From Candidatus Micrarchaeum sp. (lineage in GTDB: Archaea; Micrarchaeota; Micrarchaeia; Micrarchaeales; Micrarchaeaceae), in assembly GCF_016806735.1 (NCBI RefSeq), contig NZ_CP060530.1:150001-182000 (forward strand): 32,000 bases of DNA, given 5' to 3'. Positions 25,026-32,000 of this stretch are shown piece by piece; the stretch's first letter is position 1, and each line of letters begins with the position of its first letter. A model generated the notes under the pieces. It was given only the letters and a program-made list of their open reading frames with translations, was not told the origin of the DNA and did no database searches. The translations under genes were made by a program, and so were the position numbers.

Positions 25026-25709
25026 TCATCCGAGTATCTTTGTCTCTACCCTTCCCTGTGTTGCCTTGTTCAGCTTGTCGTAAAGCTCGTTCTGCATGCC
25101 TGCAGGGAATTCTACGACTGCCTTGAGGGAGCCGTTGCTCATCCATTCCTCTGACTTGAGCCCAAACTGCTTTAGCGTATTATAGCACCTGTTTACCGAA
25201 TCGGCGGGTATGATTACTTCTATTTTTATGTTGGTAAACTTTATCGGAAGCAGCATGCTTATCTTTTTGACTACCGCTTCTACCTGCTCGTTAGCGTTCT
25301 TGAATGGGTCTATGGATACCTTTGCTTCCTTCATGGCGTTTTCGACCCTCAAAGCTGTTGCGGGGGCGTTGGTCCTCGGGTCTATGGAATTCCTCGCTAT
25401 TATGTCTATTATCTGCTTTCTCTTCTCCTCAAGCATCTTTGCCCTTTGCTCTGTAGTTATCGGCAGGTCCCCTTTTTTGAGTATCTGGTCGACCACGGAA
25501 GCCAGATCGGTAGTTCCGAAAACCTTCTTTATCTTCTCATCGCTTTGGCGCTCACCCTTCCTTGCATCCTTGAAAACCTGCTCGGCTTCAAGGACGGAGA
25601 GCGGTTCCTTCCTCTTACCAGTGACATACTCATAAGCCATATCGGCATCTACCAATATCTCGAAGCTGTCCTTGCCATCGGAATATTTTGCCGTTACGGT
25701 CTTGCCCAT
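25026..25709 (-). CDS. SBDS/Sdo1-family ribosome maturation protein
   Basis: 227 aa. The N-terminal region ...AKYSDGKDSFEILVDADMAYEY... is a FYSH-domain hallmark. Its position is conserved between psmA and rrp4. Confidence 0.88.
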   Translation of the reverse strand: MGKTVTAKYSDGKDSFEILVDADMAYEYVTGKRKEPLSVLEAEQVFKDARKGERQSDEKIKKVFGTTDLASVVDQILKKGDLPITTEQRAKMLEEKRKQIIDIIARNSIDPRTNAPATALRVENAMKEAKVSIDPFKNANEQVEAVVKKISMLLPIKFTNIKIEVIIPADSVNRCYNTLKQFGLKSEEWMSNGSLKAVVEFPAGMQNELYDKLNKATQGRVETKILG

Positions 25710-25717
25710 AAAACCAC

Positions 25718-26413
25718 TCAGAGGTATGCGTTTATGTCCTTTATGTCGAATGGCTTGTAGCCTTTCGCCTTGGTTATTGTCGATATATCGACGTTCTCCG
25801 GCGACAGCTTCTTCTCATTTATTTTCTTAAGTATGCTGACGCCAAGGTTTATGGCATCATTCAGCTTCATGCCGTCTTTGTATTCCTTCACCAGTATGTC
25901 TTCCGCAACCTTTTTGCCTATGCCTATCGCATCCGCCCTGTAGCCCGAGAACGAAGCTCCCGGCTCAACTTCAAAAAGCCTGTAATCCGTATCGTAGCCG
26001 CCAATGAGCAGGGATATGGCATAAGGCCTCAGTCCTCCGTACTGCGTTGCCATCTGCATCTCTTCGGATATCTCCCTGGCTATGGTCTCTACGGATTCGG
26101 TCTCGTCATAAACCATCCTGTGTGTCTGTGTTTTGGAGCGCATCATTCCCACGACGTGCAGGCCATCAGAGACGAGCCCGCTGTATGTGGTCCCAACGAA
26201 CGAGTCCACCTTGAATATTTTCTGCACCGTGCTTGGTATTATGAGCGGCTCAACTATGTTCTTATGGGCTATCAGGACAACTCCTTCTTCGGTTACCATG
26301 CCTACAGAAGTTGCACCTTTCCTTACTGCCTCCTTTGCGTATTCCACCTGGAACAGCCTTCCGTCCGGGCTGAACATTACTCCTCTGTCGTAAGCCTGTA
26401 TATTCGGGTACAT
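25718..26413 (-). CDS. psmA: Proteasome subunit alpha
   Basis: 231 aa. The alpha-subunit N-terminal signature is YDRGVMFSPDGRLFQVEYAKEAVRKG. Confidence 0.95.
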   Translation of the reverse strand: MYPNIQAYDRGVMFSPDGRLFQVEYAKEAVRKGATSVGMVTEEGVVLIAHKNIVEPLIIPSTVQKIFKVDSFVGTTYSGLVSDGLHVVGMMRSKTQTHRMVYDETESVETIAREISEEMQMATQYGGLRPYAISLLIGGYDTDYRLFEVEPGASFSGYRADAIGIGKKVAEDILVKEYKDGMKLNDAINLGVSILKKINEKKLSPENVDISTITKAKGYKPFDIKDINAYL

Positions 26414-26472
26414 CTATTCACCAGTCAAATCTTTCTTACTTATTTAGAATCAATGCTTTTTAAACATGTCCT

Positions 26473-26480
26473 AAAAAAAA
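26473..26480 (-). terminator. T8 run on the minus strand between the 167-aa orphan gene and the psmA promoter
   Basis: The plus strand carries A8 at 26473-26480. This is T8 on the minus strand, about 90 nt downstream of the orphan gene stop and upstream of a TATA-like element for psmA. Confidence 0.4.
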
Positions 26481-26572
26481 TTTTATCTGCCTCTGGATAT
26501 ACAAAATTGCAAAAGTCCAAGATGCCAGTTAGCATTATGGAATATAAACCTTTTAACGCTTTGCCGGTGAAG

Positions 26573-27076
26573 TTAATAAGTCTTTATCCCTAGTATTTCC
26601 GCTATGGATTTCTTCAGTTTTTCGTAAGACAGTACCGCAGTGTCATGGAATCCGATCCTTCCATCCCCTATGCTGTTTTTAGTTTCTTCGATGCATGCAT
26701 CGATCATGTCTTTCAATCCTTTTGCTTCGTTCCTGGCTTTTTCTATATCGACCCCGCTCTCTGTTATGTGCTCCCTGCAGATGGCGCCTATCCTTGCCTC
26801 AACGCCAGGTTTTACAAAATCATTATACATTATTTTTTCATTCCCGATAAGCTTTACGGCAAGGCTTTTCGGCACGCCCAGATTCGTAAAAGCGGCATCA
26901 AGACTTTCTATCAAGCTGCTGAAACTGCTCCAAATCCCGGGCACCACTTCTCCTATGAGCCTTTGCCTTTCCTTGTAAGCCAATGCTTCGTCCCTTCGCA
27001 TCATTTTGGTATACGTTTTATTGTTTACACTAATGCTTACGGATTCAAAATCGTTGCTTTTGCTTGTTTCAGGCAT
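26573..27076 (-). CDS. Hypothetical protein (167 aa), family not recognised
   Basis: A clean ORF on the operon strand between the Pop5 region and psmA, with its own AT-rich upstream region. Confidence 0.5.
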   Translation of the reverse strand: MPETSKSNDFESVSISVNNKTYTKMMRRDEALAYKERQRLIGEVVPGIWSSFSSLIESLDAAFTNLGVPKSLAVKLIGNEKIMYNDFVKPGVEARIGAICREHITESGVDIEKARNEAKGLKDMIDACIEETKNSIGDGRIGFHDTAVLSYEKLKKSIAEILGIKTY

Positions 27077-27219
27077 GCGAACGGCCTTCAGATTGTGCCT
27101 TACGGTATTACATTATTGATAATCATTCATATATATAAATAATCCCACAGGCATTTTTTTACCATCCTGGCGCCAATTGCAGGGTTATTTTTAAAAATTG
27201 CAAGCATCAAAAACCGAAT

Positions 27220-27534
27220 ATGCAGAACATTGAATACGAAGAAGCCCTGGCCGTTGCCAAGCAGAACGGAAAGAAGCTCGTCTGGCTGGGATCCGAGCCT
27301 ACTGATTACATACGCAGCCTGCTCGATCTGGAAGAAGAAGTCATAGAAGCTGCCGACCCAATGGAAATGCTAAACGCCCCGAAAGAGGAGCTGCTTAAAT
27401 ACGAGGGCTCTGTGCTTGTGTGCTACCATGGAAACACCTCCGCCTTTGTATCTGAGATGATAAAAGACAAGCACGGGATAGAAACGTTCAATCTCAAGGG
27501 AGGCATAACTTCAATAGTCGGAGAAATCTTTTGA
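27220..27534 (+). CDS. Single-domain rhodanese-like protein
   Basis: 104 aa. The candidate active-site loop is VLVCYHGNTS (C-x-x-G-x-x-S/T), followed by NLKGGI. Its 3' end overlaps the Pop5 3' end by 24 nt (convergent). Confidence 0.6.
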   Translation: MQNIEYEEALAVAKQNGKKLVWLGSEPTDYIRSLLDLEEEVIEAADPMEMLNAPKEELLKYEGSVLVCYHGNTSAFVSEMIKDKHGIETFNLKGGITSIVGEIF

Positions 27535-27843
27535 TGCCTTTCCTTTCATGAGCGCCTTGATGGTGCCTGAGCTTTTGAGCGTGTAGAGCCCTGTCTCTGC
27601 CGCTCCAAGCCTTTTTATCAGGGCTGATGCGAGAAGCATCCTTTCGTATCCTTGCAATTTGCACCTGACAACGAAATGCTTGCTGTCAATTAAAGAAACA
27701 AGCTTCGGCGAAATGTCATAGTATCCCAGCTGGCCGACAAGCAATAAGACCGCTTGCTTGAGCGCGCGGTCTAGCTCTTCCTTATCCATCTTCAATTCCG
27801 AAGTGGTCTCGACCATCATATAGCGTTTCTTATTCCTTATCAT
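27511..27843 (-). CDS. RNase P protein component 2 (Pop5/Rpp14 family)
   Basis: 110 aa. The N-terminal segment RNKKRYMMVE and the overall pattern are typical of archaeal Pop5. It is adjacent to Rpp30 as in other archaea. Confidence 0.75.
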   Translation of the reverse strand: MIRNKKRYMMVETTSELKMDKEELDRALKQAVLLLVGQLGYYDISPKLVSLIDSKHFVVRCKLQGYERMLLASALIKRLGAAETGLYTLKSSGTIKALMKGKASKDFSDY

Positions 27844-27855
27844 TGCAATGCCAAT

Positions 27856-28380
27856 TCACGGTTTTGAAATTATGCTCCTGTTTTCTGCAAGCGCCTTTTT
27901 AGCCTCATTCTTATTCATGCCCAGGGCACCGCATATTGCCATAAGCTGCTGCGGCGCAAGCACTTCGGCCTCGTTCCTTGCAAGCGAAGCAATGCCTATT
28001 GCTATATCCTTCCCGAGCATAATTTCGGTGCAGTCGCGGAACCTGCCCATCAGCAGCGCGCGGTATGTTCCGTAAGCATTTTCTATTGCAGACGCGTCTA
28101 TTATGAATGAGGCTCCATAATCCTTCATATCTTTGACATATTTCTCCATCTCGCCAAGCGTTTCGGGATTCTGGGGTATTATTGCTTTGACCCCGTTCTT
28201 CAGGTAAGGTACAAGGCTTTCGCTCTTGGAAGAATAAACAACTGCTTTTCCGTTGGCCGACCCGGGATCCTTCGCGAAATCGAAATCCTCTCCTTCTATT
28301 ATGACACTGCGGAAACCCAAGCGCTCGAAAAGTCCGCGCGCGTTTGCCATGCTGCTACGCGCCGCGTCGTAATATGCCAA
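27856..28380 (-). CDS. RNase P protein component 3 (Rpp30 family), short form
   Basis: 174 aa. The C-terminal half, YRALLMGRFRDCTEIMLGKDIAIGIASLARNEAEVLAPQQLMAICGALGMNKNEAKKAL, parallels Pyrococcus Rpp30 (...[27 protein letters not shown]...). The gene order also supports the call. Confidence 0.6.
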   Translation of the reverse strand: MAYYDAARSSMANARGLFERLGFRSVIIEGEDFDFAKDPGSANGKAVVYSSKSESLVPYLKNGVKAIIPQNPETLGEMEKYVKDMKDYGASFIIDASAIENAYGTYRALLMGRFRDCTEIMLGKDIAIGIASLARNEAEVLAPQQLMAICGALGMNKNEAKKALAENRSIISKP

Positions 28381-28388
28381 GTAAACAC

Positions 28389-29609
28389 CTAATCATCTTC
28401 CTTCTTTTCAGAATTTCCGTTGAGCCCGAATATGTTCTTTTCAAGGACGGCGCGCGTCTTCTGCGTCGGATAAAGCAGCTTTATGAGTTTCGTGTGGCCC
28501 CTTATCCCCTTGCTCGAATCAAATGACGCTATCAGCCCCTGCATCTCCAGTTCTGATATGTAGTTTCTGTACCACCTTTCGCTTTTCGGCACCCTTTTGA
28601 GCCCTTCTGCTATGGACTTATACCTGTTGTAAACCTCTCCGCTGAAAAGGTAAGTGTCTATGCCGTCGGTAAGCTTCTTGTAAGAGCCCCCGCTCTGCGC
28701 AAGCAGGACTATGGAATAAAGAACCAGCTTCTGGTGCTCCGGAAGCGAAGATATAAGCTCGTAAACTATTTCGCTCTCGGCCATTTTTATTGCCTCTTCC
28801 GCTTCAGCCATGGTTATCTTGTCCCTTCCATGCTCTTCGGCTAGCTCCCCTGATTTCGAAAGTATCTTAAGCGACAGCCTTGCGTCTCCGCCCTCCTTTG
28901 CAGCAGCCGCTGCGATGAAATGCAATATGTCTTCATCAACTACTCCTTTCTTGAAGCCGGTCTCAGCCCTGTCTTTTACTATCTCATAAAGCTCGTCAGA
29001 ATAATAGGACGGGAACACGAGCTCGCTTTCGTATAGGGCCGAGAGGCTTCTGGGATCCAACTCCTCTTTGAAAGAAACCTTGTTGGATATGCCTATCATG
29101 GCCACTCCCCCGGACCTTATCTCGCTGTTTATCCTGGTCATTGTGTATACGAGGTCGTCGAGGTCCTTGACCATGTCTATCTCGTCGAGCACGAGAACCA
29201 GTATCTTGTTGTCTTCTTCTATCCAGCTAGTAAGCTTCCCGTACAAATCTATGATGCCGTATCCTCTTCTTGCGTAATTCGGCATGTGGTCCGCTATGAC
29301 CTTGTTGAGGACCCTAAATCGCGTGTTGTACATCCTGCAGTTTACGTACGAAACCCTGGCCTTGGTGTTCGGTATGTCCTTTATCTCGGATATGACATAT
29401 CTGGCGCATGTTGTTTTGCCGGTTCCAGTTCTTCCGTATACAAAAAGGTTTCTGCCTTTCTCTCCCTCCAATGCCGGCTTTATTGCCTTCTCTATGCTGT
29501 TTATCTCCTTTTCCCTAAGTATAAGCTTCTTGGGGGTGTAGTGCGGCGATAAGACCTCACGCTGAGCAAATATCTTTGATTCGCCTATGATGTCCTTCAA
29601 AGTCTGCAT
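28389..29609 (-). CDS. cdc6: Orc1/Cdc6 replication initiator (AAA+ plus winged helix)
   Basis: 406 aa. Walker A is YGRTGTGKTT and Walker B is VLVLDEIDMV. The C-terminal winged-helix region is ...ISELEMQGLIA.... Confidence 0.92.
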   Translation of the reverse strand: MQTLKDIIGESKIFAQREVLSPHYTPKKLILREKEINSIEKAIKPALEGEKGRNLFVYGRTGTGKTTCARYVISEIKDIPNTKARVSYVNCRMYNTRFRVLNKVIADHMPNYARRGYGIIDLYGKLTSWIEEDNKILVLVLDEIDMVKDLDDLVYTMTRINSEIRSGGVAMIGISNKVSFKEELDPRSLSALYESELVFPSYYSDELYEIVKDRAETGFKKGVVDEDILHFIAAAAAKEGGDARLSLKILSKSGELAEEHGRDKITMAEAEEAIKMAESEIVYELISSLPEHQKLVLYSIVLLAQSGGSYKKLTDGIDTYLFSGEVYNRYKSIAEGLKRVPKSERWYRNYISELEMQGLIASFDSSKGIRGHTKLIKLLYPTQKTRAVLEKNIFGLNGNSEKKEDD

Positions 29610-29653
29610 ATTAAACCCCCTTGCCGCTAGCAGGCTTGCCTATCGCCAAACAT

Positions 29654-29974
29654 CTAACTTATCATGTTCATGTTCTTAAGCTTGCTTATATCCATGAGGC
29701 TGTACCTCCACACTATGTCGCCGCGCTCGTTGGCCTGAACGCTCCACGGCTTTACCAGCACGACATCGTTTTCCTTTATCCAGAACCTCCTTCTGAGCCG
29801 TCCCGGGATTATGCATAGCCTCTGGTTGCCGTCGCTGCAATCTACCAGGAATCTCGTGGATCCCACTATCTTCGAGACCCTTCCTACGACCTCGCCGTTG
29901 TTCGGCATCTTGGTCTGATAAGATACCGGTGCACCCCTCCTACTATCATGAGTCCTTCCTTCGTTTTTTCCCAT
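29654..29974 (-). CDS. eif1a: Translation initiation factor aIF-1A
   Basis: 106 aa with an S1-like OB fold: GEVVGRVSKIVGSTRFLVDCSDGNQRLCIIPGRLRRRFWIKENDVVLVKPW. Confidence 0.92.
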   Translation of the reverse strand: MGKNEGRTHDSRRGAPVSYQTKMPNNGEVVGRVSKIVGSTRFLVDCSDGNQRLCIIPGRLRRRFWIKENDVVLVKPWSVQANERGDIVWRYSLMDISKLKNMNMIS

Positions 29975-29981
29975 CTAACCA

Positions 29982-30413
29982 TCAATAGTTCTTCAATCCG
30001 TACCTTGCGCCGCACGCCTCGCATACGAGCATGAGCATTCCTCTGCCGGCATTTTCAAGGTGCGTATCGGGCTTGTGGCACTCCCTGCAGATGACGTAGG
30101 TCTCAAAATATTTGTGTATCTCCTTGTCCAGCTGCTCCTGGGCGAATTTTCCTGTGAGTACTAGCCTCTGGTCCTCCATGCTAGTCGGCACTCCAAATTC
30201 CCTGCTTAAATATCTTGCGATATCCGAGACGTCCCTCCTTGCCTTGTCGGCAATTATTGCCATGTTTCTTATTATCGTCTTGTTTCCCTGCACCATGGAT
30301 TCCACTGTGGGTATTACGAAATCGGATTTCTCCGCTTCTAGTGTGGGAAGCTTCGAAAAAGCCCTGTCGAGCAATTCCGAGTATTCTTTGTCATTTATTT
30401 CAATCACCAGCAT
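29982..30413 (-). CDS. eif2b: Translation initiation factor aIF-2 subunit beta
   Basis: 143 aa. It has the N-terminal motif YSELLDRAFSKLP and the C-terminal zinc ribbon CRECHKPDT...CEACGA. Confidence 0.9.
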   Translation of the reverse strand: MLVIEINDKEYSELLDRAFSKLPTLEAEKSDFVIPTVESMVQGNKTIIRNMAIIADKARRDVSDIARYLSREFGVPTSMEDQRLVLTGKFAQEQLDKEIHKYFETYVICRECHKPDTHLENAGRGMLMLVCEACGARYGLKNY

Positions 30414-30493
30414 ATTATTCTAGAGAATAAAATATTTAGCATATGCTATTTTGAGCCTTTTCACTCTATCCCATTCTTATCTCCGCAAACCTA

Positions 30494-30500
30494 TTTATAA
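30494..30500 (+). promoter_or_regulatory. TATA box (TTTATAA) for the SRP RNA
   Basis: It lies about 25 nt upstream of the inferred SRP RNA 5' end, in an AT-rich context. Confidence 0.5.
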
Positions 30501-30520
30501 CTCATTATTGAATATAAGCC

Positions 30521-30787
30521 TTGGCGGATAGGCTGGGAAGCTAAGGGTTTCCCGTTCGCAAATCCCTTTCTGGCGGGCCAATGCCGGTTGCGTTATGCAA
30601 GCGGCTTTTGCGCCCAGATGGAAGCGTTGATGCCTTGCCCCAGGTGGTAGCTTGGTGCGTGAACCAGGCCAGGCCGGAAGGAGCAACCTTAAGCACATTC
30701 AGGCTACGCTCCCGGGATACGGGGCTGAGCTGAAGTATGGTCAACGCAACTGCTGCTTGCATGGCAAGGCCGGCTTCCGCCGCTAAG
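30521..30787 (+). ncRNA. Signal recognition particle RNA (7S/SRP RNA)
   Basis: The helix-8 signature CCAGGCCAGGCCGGAAGGAGCAACC (30664-30688) parallels E. coli 4.5S CCAGGUCAGGUCCGGAAGGAAGCAGCC. The 5' GGCGGATAGGCTGG and 3' CCGGCTTCCGCC ends are complementary. The ends are approximate (about +/-5 nt). Confidence 0.85.
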
Positions 30788-30821
30788 ATTTAAAAACAGT
30801 GCAAACGTAAATGAATAGCAT

Positions 30822-30922
30822 GCCGGGGTCGCCTAGAGGTATGCGCAAGCACTCTAAAGGGCGGCAGCCTGCTAAGCTGTTTGGCTGAAAGGCCTTCGTG
30901 GGTTCGATTCCCACCCCCGGCG
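30822..30922 (+). tRNA. tRNA-Ser (anticodon GCU) with a 17-nt intron (30841-30857) in the D-loop between positions 20/21
   Basis: Hand fold. Acceptor GCCGGGG/CCCCGGC; anticodon arm GCAGC-CTGCTAA-GCTGT; long variable arm GGCT-GAAA-GGCC; T-arm GTGGG-TTCGATT-CCCAC. The D-stem GCCT/GGGC encloses an exact hBHBh' motif: H = AGAG/CTCT, bulges GTA and AAA, h' = TGC-GCAA-GCA. Confidence 0.85.
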
Positions 30923-30926
30923 CTCA

Positions 30927-30931
30927 TTTTT
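30927..30931 (+). terminator. T5 run 4 nt downstream of tRNA-Ser
   Basis: The sequence is gctcaTTTTTc immediately after the discriminator base. Confidence 0.4.
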
Positions 30932-30970
30932 CAATGCCATAAAAATTCGGCATCTTCAAAATGCGTGCTT

Positions 30971-31552
30971 TCATGAAAGCATTCCGAGCACATCGCTGGT
31001 TTTTCTTACCAAGCCTATCCTCGGAAATATATTCTTGACTGTCGCATCGTGTTCCTCCCTGCTCATCGCGCCCATGGCGTCCTCGACGAATATCTGGTTG
31101 TAGCCGTTCTGGTATGCCTCTCTTGCAGTAGATTCGACTCCTATGTTCGTCGATATTCCGCACAGCACTATGTTTTTTATTCCCCTGCGCCTGAGCTGCA
31201 GGTCGAGCTCGGTGCCGTGAAAAGCGCCCCAATGCCTCTTTGTTATTATTATGTCTCCTTTCTGCGCATTCATTTCTGGCACGAATTCGTCCCAGTCTGC
31301 AGGCCTTTCGCCTCCCCAATTCGGTGCGCTGTCCACTATCGGATTGAGCATGTCCTTCCCATCTATGGAAGACACGTGCACCAGACACACAGGCGCTTTG
31401 TTCTCCCTGAACTTGGCTGCAAGCATCGCAGCGTTCGCAACAACTTCCGATGCAGCATTCGGTTCGATGTTTCTTCCGCTTGCGGCTATCCCCTTCTGCA
31501 GGTCTATAACTACGAGGGCTGTTTCCTTGAAATTGAATCTTTTCTCCTCCAT
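30971..31552 (-). CDS. Isochorismatase-family cysteine hydrolase
   Basis: 193 aa. The catalytic triad context is ALVVIDLQ (Asp), ITKRHWGAF (Lys) and VLCGISTNIGVEST (Cys). Confidence 0.85.
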   Translation of the reverse strand: MEEKRFNFKETALVVIDLQKGIAASGRNIEPNAASEVVANAAMLAAKFRENKAPVCLVHVSSIDGKDMLNPIVDSAPNWGGERPADWDEFVPEMNAQKGDIIITKRHWGAFHGTELDLQLRRRGIKNIVLCGISTNIGVESTAREAYQNGYNQIFVEDAMGAMSREEHDATVKNIFPRIGLVRKTSDVLGMLS

Positions 31553-31647
31553 GCAATCACAAATATCAAACGCAATTTCTTTTATTTAGCATTTTCCCAA
31601 ATCTGTTCTGTAGTAATATGCACTATTTTCAGGCGGTTTAAAAAAAG

Positions 31648-31722
31648 CGGGCTCGGAGGGATTTGGACCCTCGACTTAGAGGTTAAAAGCCTCCCACTCT
31701 GGCCAAACTGAGTTACGAGCCC
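31648..31722 (-). tRNA. tRNA-Lys (anticodon UUU), intron-less
   Basis: Hand fold: GGGCTCG TA ACTC-AGTTTGGCCA-GAGT G GGAGG-CTTTTAA-CCTCT AAGTC GAGGG-TCCAAAT-CCCTC CGAGCCC G. The T-loop reads TCC rather than TTC. Confidence 0.85.
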
Positions 31723-31811
31723 AAGAAACTAGATTATTTTGCCCTGAAATATATAAAAGCCTTAATACGTTTTATATCAAAACAAATAACAGCAAATAAT
31801 AATATGATTTG

Positions 31812-32000
31812 ATGGAAAAGGCATTGTTGATCGGCGGCTACGGTTTCTTTGGAAGCCATATGTACTCTGCGCTGGCCGAAAAATATTCTGTGGAAGTAAT
31901 GTCAAGATACAAGCATGACACCGGCAACGTTCAAGGCAAGGATTGGATAGAAGGGGACATAACGTCAAGGGCCGACGTCGAAAGGACATTGGAACGGGGC
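31812..32000 (+). CDS. NAD-dependent epimerase/dehydratase (SDR) family protein, N-terminal fragment (runs off the window)
   Basis: My own translation: MEKALLIGGYGFFGSHMYSALAEKYSVEVMSR.... It has a Rossmann GxxGxxG motif. The frame is open to the right edge. Confidence 0.6.
   Translation, partial: MEKALLIGGYGFFGSHMYSALAEKYSVEVMSRYKHDTGNVQGKDWIEGDITSRADVERTLERG

Noticed and set aside
30495-30762. Two minus-strand ORFs (67 and 73 aa) in the aIF2-beta / tRNA-Ser interval.
   Set aside because: The region carries the SRP RNA helix-8 signature and complementary 5' and 3' ends on the plus strand. The ORFs are chance open frames across a GC-rich structured RNA gene.
1-32000. A scan for CRISPR repeats, IS/transposase or integrase genes, toxin-antitoxin pairs, restriction-modification genes or other defence-island content.
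   Set aside because: I found no regularly spaced direct repeats and no transposase, integrase or nuclease/ATPase defence signatures in any frame. The window is core housekeeping DNA, and the only repeats are the short ones reported above.

Overview
This is a densely packed archaeal chromosomal segment made almost entirely of housekeeping genes. I found no CRISPR array, mobile element or recognisable defence system. Archaeal origin is supported by an HMf-type histone, the exosome/proteasome superoperon, aIF1A and aIF2-beta, Orc1/Cdc6, RNase P proteins, SecY/SRP54/7S RNA, and bulge-helix-bulge tRNA introns.

Gene content, left to right:
- End of a complex-I operon (nuoK' L M N), then a convergent geranylgeranyl reductase.
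- A single-repeat TBP-like ORF, a GT4 glycosyltransferase, SRP54, a DRG GTPase and a small wHTH protein.
- tRNA-Arg and TatD.
- A three-gene DUF929 / CxC-membrane / V4R operon.
- SecY, a sequon-rich surface protein, DUF763, HisRS and thioredoxin.
- A histone / Zn-ribbon / PRC-barrel operon.
- Exosome superoperon on the minus strand: Rpp30, Pop5, [orphan gene], PsmA, SBDS, Rrp4, Rrp41, Rrp42, L37Ae, [orphan gene], RpoP. It is preceded by aIF2-beta, aIF1A and Orc1/Cdc6.
- SRP RNA, tRNA-Ser, an isochorismatase-family hydrolase, tRNA-Lys, and the start of an SDR epimerase.

Most noteworthy observations, all from reading the sequence by hand:
1. Two of the three tRNA genes carry introns at non-canonical positions, each with a textbook hBHBh' motif: the T-loop at 59/60 in tRNA-Arg and the D-loop at 20/21 in tRNA-Ser.
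2. One ORF encodes only a single TBP repeat and has no canonical start codon near it.
3. A candidate C/D-box sRNA sits between a TATA box and the histone start codon.
4. Several lysine-rich tails and one lysine-rich micro-ORF occur in the window.

The compactness and the non-canonical tRNA introns are reminiscent of small-genome archaea (DPANN/Micrarchaeota-like or Thermoplasmata-related). That placement is only an inference. I do not see a clear novel multi-gene system here. The candidates above are single-locus oddities and need computational or experimental checks.
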